A DNA stretch of 64,000 nucleotides from Patescibacteria group bacterium. GTDB lineage: Bacteria > Patescibacteriota > JABMPQ01 > JAQVVF01. The notes beneath the pieces were generated by a model. The model was given only the letters and a program-made list of their open reading frames with translations, was not told where the DNA came from and ran no database searches. Numbering within the stretch: the first letter of the stretch is position 1; each line of letters begins with the position of its first letter. The translations under genes were made by a program, and so were the position numbers. Positions 8,278 to 17,855 of the stretch are shown here, piece after piece. The DNA lies in NCBI GenBank assembly GCA_041662665.1, contig JBAZSC010000001.1, forward strand, positions 513,511 to 577,510. The letters are read 5' to 3'.

Positions 8278-8423
8278 TTTTTCTAGGGTGCGACTGTCAT
8301 AATATTATGCTAAAAATAATCAATTTGCAAGAGTCTAGATGTAATGAATAAATAACTTGTTCACGAGCGTACAACTTTCGTACGTTTTTTTATACCCAAA
8401 ACCACATTATCCACAAGAAAAGC

Positions 8424-8541
8424 TTGACTATTAAGCCAAAAACTGCTACACTGCTTAGTCAAATTGAAAATGTCTTAAATAAGCCAAAAAAACAAAGATT
8501 TACAAAAAAGCCTTGACAGCAAAGGCTAAAAGTGCTATATT
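8424..8541 (+). promoter_or_regulatory. Tandem sigma70 promoters upstream of the GT4 gene
   Basis: TTGACT-17-TACACT (8424-8452) and TTGACA-17-TATATT (8513-8541), both with extended TG. Confidence 0.65.
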
Positions 8542-8668
8542 TATACGTCGATAAATAGACATCTAAAATAACCAAAAAACTGAATTATATGCATTTCATG
8601 AGGGAGATTTATCCGTTAATTCGCATATTCGTAGATTAGCATAAATTCGTATATTTGTATTATATATT

Positions 8669-9820
8669 ATGAAAATAGCTTTTATAGGACAAAAAGGAAT
8701 ACCAGCTAAATCTGGCGGTGTCGAAAGACACGTTGAGGATTTAGCCACTAGATTGGCAAAACAAGGCCATGAAGTTTTTGTATACACAAGACCAAATTAT
8801 ACTGATCCAAATATTAAGTTTTACAAAAACGTCAAATTGGTATCTTTGCCTTCAATAAACTCAAAAAACTTTGATGCTATTTCTCATACCTTAATTTCAA
8901 CATTTCACGCTATATTTCAAAAATACGATATTATTCATTATCAAGGTGTTGGACCATCAACTTTAGCATTTATTGCTAGATTATTTACAAAATCAAAAAT
9001 TATCTCAACTTTTCACTGCCAAGATCAATACCATCAAAAATGGGGTTGGTTTGCAAAATTATATTTAAAATTTGGTGAATTCGCTGCATGTAAATTTCCT
9101 CACCAAACTATTGTTGTCTCAAAAATTATTAGACAAATTGCTAAAGAAAGATTTAATACCGAAGCTATCTATATTCCAAATGGTATTAACTTTTTAGATC
9201 TTAAAAATCAAAATAGCAATATTTTACAAAAATTCAATTTGGAACAAAATAAATATATTTTGACTGTTGGCCGTTTAGTAAAGCACAAAGGCATTCATTA
9301 TTTAATTGATGCTTTCAATAAAATCCAAACTGACAAAAAATTAGTAATTGTCGGTGATTCAGCATGTTCTGATGATTATGTTGAATTTATTAAAGAAAAA
9401 GCAAAAAGCAACCCAAACATTATTTTAACTGGTGCTGTTTTTGGTAAAGATTTACATACATTATATAAAAATGCTTATTTATATGTTCAGCCATCAGAAG
9501 CTGAAGGTTTGCCAACTACAGTATTGGAAGCAATGAGTCATGGAAGATGTGTTCTTGTTTCAAACATTCCAGAAAATATTGAAGCTTTCGCTGGATTTGG
9601 ATATTTATTCATGAACAAAAATGTTGATGACTTAGCTTCAAAATTAGAAATCTTAAATCAAAGAACTGATTTGATTATGGAAAAAGGTGAAAAAGCAAAA
9701 ACTTACGCTTTAGAAAATTACAATTGGGACATTTTAAGTCTTCAAACAGAAATTTTGTATGAAAAAACTCTTCAAAATAGAGAAGAGTTATCTTTCAGTT
9801 TGCGTAAAATCGAAATCTAG
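8669..9820 (+). CDS. Glycosyltransferase family 4
   Basis: MKIAFIGQKGIPAKSGGVERHVE N-terminus; PSEAEGLPTTVLEAM motif. Confidence 0.93.
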   Translation: MKIAFIGQKGIPAKSGGVERHVEDLATRLAKQGHEVFVYTRPNYTDPNIKFYKNVKLVSLPSINSKNFDAISHTLISTFHAIFQKYDIIHYQGVGPSTLAFIARLFTKSKIISTFHCQDQYHQKWGWFAKLYLKFGEFAACKFPHQTIVVSKIIRQIAKERFNTEAIYIPNGINFLDLKNQNSNILQKFNLEQNKYILTVGRLVKHKGIHYLIDAFNKIQTDKKLVIVGDSACSDDYVEFIKEKAKSNPNIILTGAVFGKDLHTLYKNAYLYVQPSEAEGLPTTVLEAMSHGRCVLVSNIPENIEAFAGFGYLFMNKNVDDLASKLEILNQRTDLIMEKGEKAKTYALENYNWDILSLQTEILYEKTLQNREELSFSLRKIEI

Positions 9821-10067
9821 ATTATTTCCTGAAAAATAATTTTAAGCTAATTTTCAGCAATTAGTATTAAAGTTATGTTTCAGGAGATAAACTCCAAAAT
9901 CGAGTTAATCTCCTTAAAGCAGGTGTGGCGCTACTATGTCACCCTGCTTTTATATTACACTAAATTTTAAAAATAAGAATAATGAAAAATAATCTAGCCC
10001 TGTTGATAAATATGTTTTATACTTTAATAAAGCGAAAATTGCTTCATTGCTAAATTATTAAATTGCT

Positions 10068-10096
10068 GTAGCGACAGGGCAGTGCCCTGTCGCTAC
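10068..10096. repeat. GTAG-type REP palindrome, copy 1
   Basis: GTAGCGACAGGGCA-G-TGCCCTGTCGCTAC; exact reverse-complement copy at 17818-17846. Confidence 0.9.
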
Positions 10097-10113
10097 GAAA
10101 TAAATAAAATTTT

Positions 10114-10593
10114 ATGATTCAAGGTGTCAAAATCAAACAGTTAATAATTCGTAAAGACAAACCAGATCTAGATCAGAAAAAAGTTAAACCAGGACATTTG
10201 CTAGAAATTTTAAGATCTGATGACAAATTATTAACAAAATTCGGACAAACAATTTTTACTGTTGCTTATCCTGGTACAATCAAAGCTTTTCATTGGCACA
10301 AAAAACAAGACGATCTTTGGTTTTTCGCGACTGGCAAGGCAACTATTGTATTGTATGATACTCGCAAAAAATCAAAAACTTTTGGCGAGACTCAAGTAAT
10401 TGAATGCAACACTGAAACAGATCCAAAATTAGTATTAATTCCAATCGGTGTTGCTCATGGCTACAAAGCTCAAGGTAAAAAACCAGTTATGCTTTTTTAT
10501 CATACAACAAAACCATATAATGCTAAAAATCCAGATGAGCAAAGACTTCCATACAATGATCCAAAAATCGGATTCAATTGGAATAAAATATAA
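10114..10593 (+). CDS. rfbC: dTDP-4-dehydrorhamnose 3,5-epimerase family (RmlC/SpsL-like cupin)
   Basis: PGTIKAFHWHKKQDD and IPIGVAHGY cupin motifs; close to rfbB/D/A. Confidence 0.8.
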   Translation: MIQGVKIKQLIIRKDKPDLDQKKVKPGHLLEILRSDDKLLTKFGQTIFTVAYPGTIKAFHWHKKQDDLWFFATGKATIVLYDTRKKSKTFGETQVIECNTETDPKLVLIPIGVAHGYKAQGKKPVMLFYHTTKPYNAKNPDEQRLPYNDPKIGFNWNKI

Positions 10594-10690
10594 GTAGCTG
10601 GTTGCAGAGTCCTCTCTGCAACCACATCAACGTATTAAAATAATTTCAGAAAAGATTCTGAAATCAGCAAATTAGTTTTAAATTTTAAAG

Positions 10691-11155
10691 ATGATATCGA
10701 TAGATCAAAATCTAATTTCACAAACCTTAGAACAGGCAAAGGATAATCCTCGTCATCGACAAATTTTTCGTTTTCACAAATTAAAAGAACCAGTTCAGAG
10801 AATGCTCAATGCTTTATTGCCAGACAGCTATGCTAGACCGCATTACCATTCTGACAAGCCAGAAGTATTTATAATTTTAAAAGGCAAATTAGCAATTATA
10901 AAATTTAATAAGCAAGGAAAAATAATTCAGCAAGAAATAATTAAAAGTTCAGGTCCAAATTTTGGCGTTGAAATAAAACCTAAAGAATGGCATAGTATTG
11001 TTGCTTTAATTCCATCTGTTGTATACGAAATTAAAAAAGGACCATATATTAAAAAGACTGACAAAGTTTTTGCCAAATGGGCGCCTGAAGAAAACACTGA
11101 TGAAGGACAAAAATATTTAAAAAAACTTAAAAATATAATACGAATATACAAATAA
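10691..11155 (+). CDS. WbuC family cupin-fold metalloprotein
   Basis: QRMLNALLPDSYARPHYH...WHSIV...YEIKKGPY...FAKWAPEE. Confidence 0.88.
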   Translation: MISIDQNLISQTLEQAKDNPRHRQIFRFHKLKEPVQRMLNALLPDSYARPHYHSDKPEVFIILKGKLAIIKFNKQGKIIQQEIIKSSGPNFGVEIKPKEWHSIVALIPSVVYEIKKGPYIKKTDKVFAKWAPEENTDEGQKYLKKLKNIIRIYK

Positions 11156-11218
11156 TGCTAATCTACAAAAATACGAATTCGCATATTCGTTGATTAGCAT
11201 AAATTTATAGATTCGTAT
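11139..11218. repeat. ACGAAT/ATTCGT tandem-repeat hairpin
   Basis: Paralogues at 20104-20194 and 8618-8660 (half copy); ends ATTCGTATCACACT(A/T)ATG at the start codon. Confidence 0.8.
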
Positions 11219-11225
11219 CACACTA

Positions 11226-11636
11226 ATGAAGAAATGCATTTTCTGTCAAATTGCAAAAAAAGAATTGCCGTCAGATATAATTTTTGAAAATAAAAATGTG
11301 ATGGCAATTTTAGATATTATGCCAGTAAATCTAGGCCATGTTTTAGTTATTCCAAAAAAACATTTTGCTACAATGGTCGATGTTCCAGATAAATTATTAC
11401 AGGAAATGATTGTGGTTTCCAAAAAAGTTGGCAAAGCAATTATGAAAGGTCTGAAAGTAAAAGGTTTTAATTTAAGTACAAGCAATGGTAGAGTTGCTGG
11501 ACAAAAAATTGATCACGTCCATTTTCATCTTATTCCAAGATTTGCAAATGATGGTTTAAAATTATGGCCACAAAGACAAGGATATAGAGCAACTGAAGCT
11601 GAAAAAATTGTTAAAAAAATTAAGAGCAAACTTTAG
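11226..11636 (+). CDS. HIT family nucleotide hydrolase
   Basis: CIFC N-terminus; HVHFHLIPR histidine triad. Confidence 0.95.
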   Translation: MKKCIFCQIAKKELPSDIIFENKNVMAILDIMPVNLGHVLVIPKKHFATMVDVPDKLLQEMIVVSKKVGKAIMKGLKVKGFNLSTSNGRVAGQKIDHVHFHLIPRFANDGLKLWPQRQGYRATEAEKIVKKIKSKL

Positions 11637-11713
11637 AAAACAGGAAATAGAAAACAGAAAACAGGTGTGGTCGTTAACTTTTTTCTCTTTTCTATTTTCT
11701 ATTAACTATTTCT
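11634..11713. repeat. Heptamer (AGAAAAC/T) tandem-repeat hairpin
   Basis: TAGAAAACAGGAAATAGAAAACAGAAAACAGG ... CTTTTCTATTTTCTATTAACTATTTCTA. Confidence 0.65.
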
Positions 11714-11719
11714 AATCAT

Positions 11720-12736
11720 ATGAAAATTTTAGTCACAGGAGGTCTAGGTTTTATAGGCGCAAACTTTATTCGCTACATGTTATCAAAATATCCAGACTAT
11801 CAAATTGTCAATTTAGACAAAGTTACTTATGCTGGAAATTTTGAAAATTTAAAAGGCATTGATAAAGATCCTCGCTACCAATTTTTAAAAGGCGACATTG
11901 CTGATTCTAAATTAGTTAATAGTTTAATTTCAGTTCAAAAGCCGGATGCTATCATTAATTTTGCAGCTGAAACACATGTTGATCGATCAATCATGAATCC
12001 AGGCGATTTTATCAATACTGATGTTTTTGGCACACATATTTTACTTAATGCAGTTAAAGATCATAATATAAAACGCTATATCCAAATTTCAACTGATGAA
12101 GTTTATGGTGATTTTGATAATGGCGGATTTGCAAAAGAAAATTCACCACTTAGACCTTCATCTCCATATTCTGCATCAAAAGCAGGAGGAGATCTTCAAG
12201 TTTTAGCATTCAGACGAACTTACAATTTACCAGTTATGATTACAAGATGCACAAATAATTATGGACCATATCAATATCCAGAAAAAATTATTCCACTTTT
12301 TATTACAAATTTATTAGAAGGTAAAAAAGTTCCAGTCTATGGTGATGGCCAACAAATTCGTGATTGGTTGCATGTTGATGATCATTGTTCTGCAATTGAT
12401 TTGGTTTTACATAAAGGCAGAGATGGCGAGATTTATAATATCGGCGCTAACCAAAATCCAGAAATTCCAAATTTAGATTTAACAAAAAGAATTGTTTTGG
12501 TATGCAACAAAGATGAAAAATCAATTGAATATGTCAAAGATCGTGCTGGCCATGATCGTCGTTATGCTGTTGATGTTACAAAAATCAAAACAGAATTAGG
12601 CTGGCAACCAAAATATGATTTTGATTCTGGAATTGCACAAACTATTTCTTGGTACCAAAATAATTTAGACTGGTGGAAAAAAATCAAGACAGGAGAGTAT
12701 TTAAATTATTACAAACAGCAATATGTTCAAAGATAA
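11720..12736 (+). CDS. rfbB: dTDP-glucose 4,6-dehydratase
   Basis: TGGLGFIG, NFAAETHVDRSI, STDEVYG, YSASKA, NNYGPYQYPEK motifs. Confidence 0.97.
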   Translation: MKILVTGGLGFIGANFIRYMLSKYPDYQIVNLDKVTYAGNFENLKGIDKDPRYQFLKGDIADSKLVNSLISVQKPDAIINFAAETHVDRSIMNPGDFINTDVFGTHILLNAVKDHNIKRYIQISTDEVYGDFDNGGFAKENSPLRPSSPYSASKAGGDLQVLAFRRTYNLPVMITRCTNNYGPYQYPEKIIPLFITNLLEGKKVPVYGDGQQIRDWLHVDDHCSAIDLVLHKGRDGEIYNIGANQNPEIPNLDLTKRIVLVCNKDEKSIEYVKDRAGHDRRYAVDVTKIKTELGWQPKYDFDSGIAQTISWYQNNLDWWKKIKTGEYLNYYKQQYVQR

Positions 12737-13271
12737 TCTGGCAAACAAGATAATTAAAAAAATTTCATCAAAAGAAATATTTTCTTGCAAATGGTATAAA
12801 TTAAAACATGATAAATTAATTCTTCCTAATGGTAAAAAAGGCGATTATTTTTATATTCATAAAAAAGGTTGTGTAATGATTATTGCAATTGAGAATAATA
12901 ATATTATATTAACTGAACAATATCGATATCTATCAAAGAAAAATAGTATAGAGCTACCAGCTGGCGGTTTTGATAATGGAAATCCTAAATTCCATGCTCA
13001 AAGGGAATTTGAGGAAGAAACAGGTTACAGAGCAAAATATTGGAAAAAAATAGGAATTTTTTATCCGTATAATGGAATTTCAAATGAGATTTGTCATGTT
13101 TTCTTAGCAAAGAATTTAATAAAAACTAAAGTAAATCCAGACGAAACTGAATTTATTAAGATAATAAAAAAACCAGTTAAAGAAGTTTACAAAATGGCAG
13201 AACAAAATAAAATTACTGATGGCATGACAATTTCTGCATTATTTTTAGCTAAAAAGTATTTAAAAATATAA
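12723..13271 (+). CDS. NUDIX hydrolase (ADP-ribose pyrophosphatase-like)
   Basis: ELPAGG...AQREFEEETG Nudix box. Confidence 0.9.
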   Translation: MFKDNLANKIIKKISSKEIFSCKWYKLKHDKLILPNGKKGDYFYIHKKGCVMIIAIENNNIILTEQYRYLSKKNSIELPAGGFDNGNPKFHAQREFEEETGYRAKYWKKIGIFYPYNGISNEICHVFLAKNLIKTKVNPDETEFIKIIKKPVKEVYKMAEQNKITDGMTISALFLAKKYLKI

Positions 13272-13273
13272 AT

Positions 13274-14104
13274 ATGAAAATATTAATAACCGGCGCTCGT
13301 GGCATGTTAGGCCAAGATTTATGTTCTCTTTTAGAAAAAGAACATGAAATAATAAAATATGATCGCGAAGAATTAGATATTACAAATGCAGAAATGGTTG
13401 ACGAAGTTCTGCCAAAATTAAATCCAAATGCAGTTATAAATTGTGCTGCTTTTACTGATGTTGATGGTTGTGAAGAACAAACAAAAAAAGAAATTGCCAT
13501 GAAAGTTAATGGCTATGGACCAGGAAATCTAGCCAAAGCTTGTGCAAAATTAGACATCCCATTTTTTCATTACAGCACAGATTATATTTTTAATGGCCAA
13601 GAAAAAAATGGCTATAAAGAAGATTATGACAAAATAGATCCAATCAATGCTTATGGCGAAACAAAAGCATTGGGTGAAAAATTAATTAAAGAAAATTGTA
13701 CAAAATATTATATTTTAAGAACAGCCTGGCTTTATGGAAAATTAGGCAAAAATTTTGTTGACACAATGTTGCAATTAGCTCAAAAAAATGATAATTTAAG
13801 GGTAGTCAACGATCAGCACGGCAAGCCAACTTTTACTTTAGATTTAGCCAAAAGAACAAAAGAAATTCTGGATCAAAAAGTGAAGCCAGGAATATATCAT
13901 GTAACCAATGAAGGAGAAGCGAGTTGGTACGATTTTGCTAACGAAATTTTCAAAATTAAAGGCGTAAAAATAAAAGTTACGCCATGCAAAACTTCTGAAT
14001 TTCCAAGGAAAGCTATAAGACCAGAATATTCCGCATTAATAAATACTAAATTACCGGCAATGAGAAAATGGCAAGAGGCGTTAGCCGAGTATTTAGCAAA
14101 CTAA
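13274..14104 (+). CDS. rfbD: dTDP-4-dehydrorhamnose reductase
   Basis: TGARGMLG, NCAAFTDVDGCE, STDYIF, YGETKALGE, VVNDQHGKPT motifs. Confidence 0.95.
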   Translation: MKILITGARGMLGQDLCSLLEKEHEIIKYDREELDITNAEMVDEVLPKLNPNAVINCAAFTDVDGCEEQTKKEIAMKVNGYGPGNLAKACAKLDIPFFHYSTDYIFNGQEKNGYKEDYDKIDPINAYGETKALGEKLIKENCTKYYILRTAWLYGKLGKNFVDTMLQLAQKNDNLRVVNDQHGKPTFTLDLAKRTKEILDQKVKPGIYHVTNEGEASWYDFANEIFKIKGVKIKVTPCKTSEFPRKAIRPEYSALINTKLPAMRKWQEALAEYLAN

Positions 14105-14221
14105 TTTTCAATTATCAATAATCAATTTACAATAAATTTTCAATTCACAATTCTCAATGAGCTGTTTGTAAATTAGTTCATTGGAAATTGATTGAAAATT
14201 GGAAATTGTAAATTGAAAATT
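14103..14221. repeat. Heptamer tandem-repeat hairpin (paralogue of 6281-6398)
   Basis: CAATTxx repeats ... xxAATTG repeats, ending 5 nt before the rfbA ATG. Confidence 0.8.
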
Positions 14222-14226
14222 AAATC

Positions 14227-15105
14227 ATGAAAGGCATTATTTTAGCTGGAGGGTCGGGAACACGTCTATATCCGTTAACTCAAAGCATCTCAAAACAGAT
14301 CATGCCAATTTATGACAAGCCGATGATTTATTATCCATTGTCGATTTTGATGCTTTCAGGAATTAGAGAAATTTTAATTATTTCAACTCCAAGAGATATA
14401 ACAACTTATCAAGATTTACTTGGCAACGGCAAAAAATTCGGCCTAAAAATTTCTTATGCAGTTCAACCTTCTCCAGATGGATTAGCACAAGCATTTATAA
14501 TTGGTGAAAAATTTATCGGCAAAGATAGCGTCAGTTTAATTTTAGGCGATAATGTTTTTTACGGTCATGGATTTAAAGGCATGTTAAAAAAAGCATCCAG
14601 AATAAAAAAAGGCGCTGTAATTTTTGGCTATTATGTTAATGATCCAGAAAGATATGGCATCGCTGAATTTGATAAAAAATTTCGAGTTTTAAGTATTGAA
14701 GAAAAGCCAGAGCATCCAAAATCAAATTACGCAATTACTGGTTTATATTTTTATGATAATTCAGTTGTCAAAAAAGCAAAATCTTTAAAACCATCAGCAA
14801 GAGGCGAGTTAGAAATTACAGATTTAAACAGATTATATTTAAATGAAAAGAAATTAAAATTAGAAATGCTCGGCCGAGGATTTGCTTGGCTAGACACTGG
14901 CACTCATGAAAGTCTTTTAGATGCCTCAAATTTTATTCAAACAATTGAAAAAAGACAAGGCTTGAAAGTTTCTTGTCTTGAAGAGATTGCTTATACAAAT
15001 GGTTATATTAACAAAAAGCAATTATTAAAATTAGCAGAACCGCTGAGCAAGAATCAGTACGGTCAATATTTGCTAAAGATTGCTAATGAAAAAAACTTAT
15101 TCTAA
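14227..15105 (+). CDS. rfbA: Glucose-1-phosphate thymidylyltransferase
   Basis: [41 protein letters not shown] motifs. Confidence 0.98.
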   Translation: MKGIILAGGSGTRLYPLTQSISKQIMPIYDKPMIYYPLSILMLSGIREILIISTPRDITTYQDLLGNGKKFGLKISYAVQPSPDGLAQAFIIGEKFIGKDSVSLILGDNVFYGHGFKGMLKKASRIKKGAVIFGYYVNDPERYGIAEFDKKFRVLSIEEKPEHPKSNYAITGLYFYDNSVVKKAKSLKPSARGELEITDLNRLYLNEKKLKLEMLGRGFAWLDTGTHESLLDASNFIQTIEKRQGLKVSCLEEIAYTNGYINKKQLLKLAEPLSKNQYGQYLLKIANEKNLF

Positions 15106-15108
15106 TTT

Positions 15109-15345
15109 ATGAAAGTGATAAAATTAGATGGTGCAAATATGGATATCGATCTAGTATCTGAAGACAAAACATCTTGGAAACAAATGAAATGCCCATGGAA
15201 CGAAAAAGATAAAAATAATATTCATAAGTGTGCAATTAAAAATATATCAATCTGTAAATATTTTTGCGGTGTTGAATACTTAGATAATGTTTTATGCTGT
15301 TATCCAGAAAAAAATATTGTGAAAGATAATAAACAGAAAAAGTAA
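15109..15345 (+). CDS. Small Cys-rich hypothetical protein
   Basis: 78-aa ORF filling the gap in the operon; six Cys (CPW...HKC...ICKYFCG...LCC). Confidence 0.65.
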   Translation: MKVIKLDGANMDIDLVSEDKTSWKQMKCPWNEKDKNNIHKCAIKNISICKYFCGVEYLDNVLCCYPEKNIVKDNKQKK

Positions 15346-15378
15346 TTTATATATATTAGCTTTGCTATAGCCAATTTT

Positions 15379-16752
15379 ATGTACAAAATCAAAATCAAAA
15401 CAAAAATTTTAATAACCTTAGCGTTATTATTCATACCGATCTTCTCAATTAAAGCAGCGTACTTCAACCCTGACAATATTTTAACAGACGAAGAATATAC
15501 AAATTCCAAATCATTAACAACATCAGCGATTCAAAGATTTTTAATAAAAAAGGGAAGTGAATTGGCAGTTTTACAATACAATGGTAAAAGCGTTGCTAAA
15601 ATTTTTCATGATTCAGCTGTAAAATACGGTATTAATCCAAAATTATTAATTGCAACTGCACAAAAAGAACAAAGCACTATCACTGATTCGAGTCTTTCAG
15701 ATTATCAAAAAAAATATTTAATGGGTTATGCTGTTTTTGATCGATTCAACCCTATTCAATACAAATACCAAGGAATTCCAAAACAAATTGATAGCGCAGC
15801 TTGGCAATTTCGCCAATATATAGACAATCCAAGTTATTATGGCTATCAAAAAGGTTTAACAAAAACAACTTCTGATGGTTATACAGTGACTCCAAAAAAT
15901 AATGCAACAGCAGGATTATATAATTACACTCCACATGCAGGTTTAGGAAAAGGTGCAACAGTTGATGATTCAGGAAATGGAAATTTTTTGTTCTGGCAAA
16001 TCTGGACAAACTGGTTTGCAAATTATTATCCAAATGGAACTTTATTAAAAATAGAAGGAGATGATACTCTTTATGTTTTGCAAGGAGAAAAAAAGAAACC
16101 TTTTCTTTCAGACAGAATAATCACAACCTCAAAATATAAAGATACTCAAGCAGTTGTACTGTCAGCAGATCAAGATAAATATTTGACTGGCAAGCCAACA
16201 ATTTTTCCAGATGGCACATTACTTTATGATCAAAATAATAATTATTTCATAATTAGTCATAAAAAAATCAGGCGTTTTCAATCACTAGATGTCATGAAAA
16301 AATTAGGTTATCACAAAACTAATGCCCAATTTATCGATCAAAAAGGAAAAGATTATTATGAAAAAGATTTACGAATTAAAGAAGACGTTGTTTTTCCAAT
16401 CGATGGTACAGTAATTTATGAAAAGACATCAAATATAAAATATTTACTGGAAAATAGTCAGAAGCGTCCAATTATTAGTGACAAAATTTATAATAATCAA
16501 TTTGATTCAAGAAATTTAGTTGCAGTTTCAAAAGCAACATTAAACAAATTAGAAACTGGCAGTCCAATTTTATTTCGAGATGGCACATTAATCAAAGATG
16601 GCGCTTCTAATTTATATGTCATTGAATATGGCAAAAAGCGACCAATTTCCAAAACAACTTTTGAAAAAATGGGTTATAAATATGAGAATGTAATTTTGAC
16701 TCAATATAAACTCAGAAAACTTCATGAAACAGGAAAAAAAGTTAAAATCTAG
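15379..16752 (+). CDS. Secreted protein with lysozyme-like N-domain and CPR-type (PNGTLL/PDGTL) surface repeats
   Basis: Signal peptide; INPKLLIATAQKEQS...MGY...NNATAGLYNYTPH domain; four xxGTL(L/I)...Y..I...KR repeats. Confidence 0.7.
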   Translation: MYKIKIKTKILITLALLFIPIFSIKAAYFNPDNILTDEEYTNSKSLTTSAIQRFLIKKGSELAVLQYNGKSVAKIFHDSAVKYGINPKLLIATAQKEQSTITDSSLSDYQKKYLMGYAVFDRFNPIQYKYQGIPKQIDSAAWQFRQYIDNPSYYGYQKGLTKTTSDGYTVTPKNNATAGLYNYTPHAGLGKGATVDDSGNGNFLFWQIWTNWFANYYPNGTLLKIEGDDTLYVLQGEKKKPFLSDRIITTSKYKDTQAVVLSADQDKYLTGKPTIFPDGTLLYDQNNNYFIISHKKIRRFQSLDVMKKLGYHKTNAQFIDQKGKDYYEKDLRIKEDVVFPIDGTVIYEKTSNIKYLLENSQKRPIISDKIYNNQFDSRNLVAVSKATLNKLETGSPILFRDGTLIKDGASNLYVIEYGKKRPISKTTFEKMGYKYENVILTQYKLRKLHETGKKVKI

Positions 16753-17221
16753 TTTAGTTAAATGTACGTCATTGTACGGAAAAAAGTGTTTAATTGATAA
16801 GAAAAAAATAAGGAATAGGGTCTCTGTTTATGCTGTCATAATTGATAATGGAAAAATATTATTAACAAATTCAAGAAACACGAATAAGCTCTTTTTACCT
16901 GGCGGAGAAGTTGAGAATGATGAAACAATAGATCAGGCATTAAAAAGAGAGCTCAGAGAAGAAACAGGAATTAAAATAAAAATAAAACATTTTTTAAATT
17001 TTAAAGAAGTGTTTTTTTATTATGATCCATGGGATGAGGGATACCACAATTTTTCTTTTTTCTATCTTTGCAAACCGATCACCAAAAAGCTAACAGAAAA
17101 ATATCAAGTTGAATTTGATGAATCAGAAAAACCAGTCTGGAAAAAATTGTCAGAACTAAAAAAGAAAGATTTTCAATTTCCAACCTACGACATTATTAAA
17201 AAATTCTTGATTGTAAAATAA
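16724..17221 (+). CDS. NUDIX hydrolase
   Basis: LPGGEVENDETIDQALKRELREETG Nudix box. Confidence 0.9.
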   Translation: MKQEKKLKSSLVKCTSLYGKKCLIDKKKIRNRVSVYAVIIDNGKILLTNSRNTNKLFLPGGEVENDETIDQALKRELREETGIKIKIKHFLNFKEVFFYYDPWDEGYHNFSFFYLCKPITKKLTEKYQVEFDESEKPVWKKLSELKKKDFQFPTYDIIKKFLIVK

Positions 17222-17224
17222 TTT

Positions 17225-17812
17225 ATGATTAAAGAAAAAGACTTTAAAATTACAATGAATCAGATTTGGATATTAGCAAAGCCTTATTTAGAAATGGGGA
17301 CAATGAAAAATTTTATTATCCATTCAAAAGGAGTTTTGTTAGCTATGACAATGTTGTTGAAAAAAGAAAAAGGTGACAAAGAAATTTTATTGCCTGCAGC
17401 TATTTTACATGATGTTGGTTTCTCTAAAGTTTCAAAAGAATTGCAAAAAAGTAATGATAAGGCTGTAAAGACAAAAGTGTTAAGACAGCATTTAGAATTT
17501 GCGCCAGAAATTATAAAGGAAATTTTAAATAAAGTCGGTTATAATAAAAATGATATTGATGAAGTTATTCAAATTGTTATAGCTCATAAATTTCAAGATC
17601 CAAAAGAATTAGATAAACAATTATTAATTGACGCAGATACATTATCCGATGTTTTTAAAGAACAATTTTATTCTGATGCAAAAGCCTACAATAAAACTCC
17701 TCAGGAATTTTATAACGTTAGAAAAGATAACAAATTTTATACAAAAACAGCAAAAAACATTTTTTATCAAGAATTAAAAAATAGAAAAGAAGAAATTTTT
17801 ATAAAAAAATAA
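17225..17812 (+). CDS. HD-domain phosphohydrolase
   Basis: H...AAILHDVG...H...H...DAD motifs. Confidence 0.85.
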   Translation: MIKEKDFKITMNQIWILAKPYLEMGTMKNFIIHSKGVLLAMTMLLKKEKGDKEILLPAAILHDVGFSKVSKELQKSNDKAVKTKVLRQHLEFAPEIIKEILNKVGYNKNDIDEVIQIVIAHKFQDPKELDKQLLIDADTLSDVFKEQFYSDAKAYNKTPQEFYNVRKDNKFYTKTAKNIFYQELKNRKEEIFIKK

Positions 17813-17817
17813 TTCAC

Positions 17818-17846
17818 GTAGCGACAGGGCACTGCCCTGTCGCTAC
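17818..17846. repeat. GTAG-type REP palindrome, copy 2
   Basis: GTAGCGACAGGGCA-C-TGCCCTGTCGCTAC. Confidence 0.9.
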
Positions 17847-17855
17847 CAAAACATT

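Noticed and set aside
8407-8415. Perfect DnaA box TTATCCACA (possible oriC)
   Set aside because: A single box with no cluster and no dnaA/dnaN context; may be regulatory or chance
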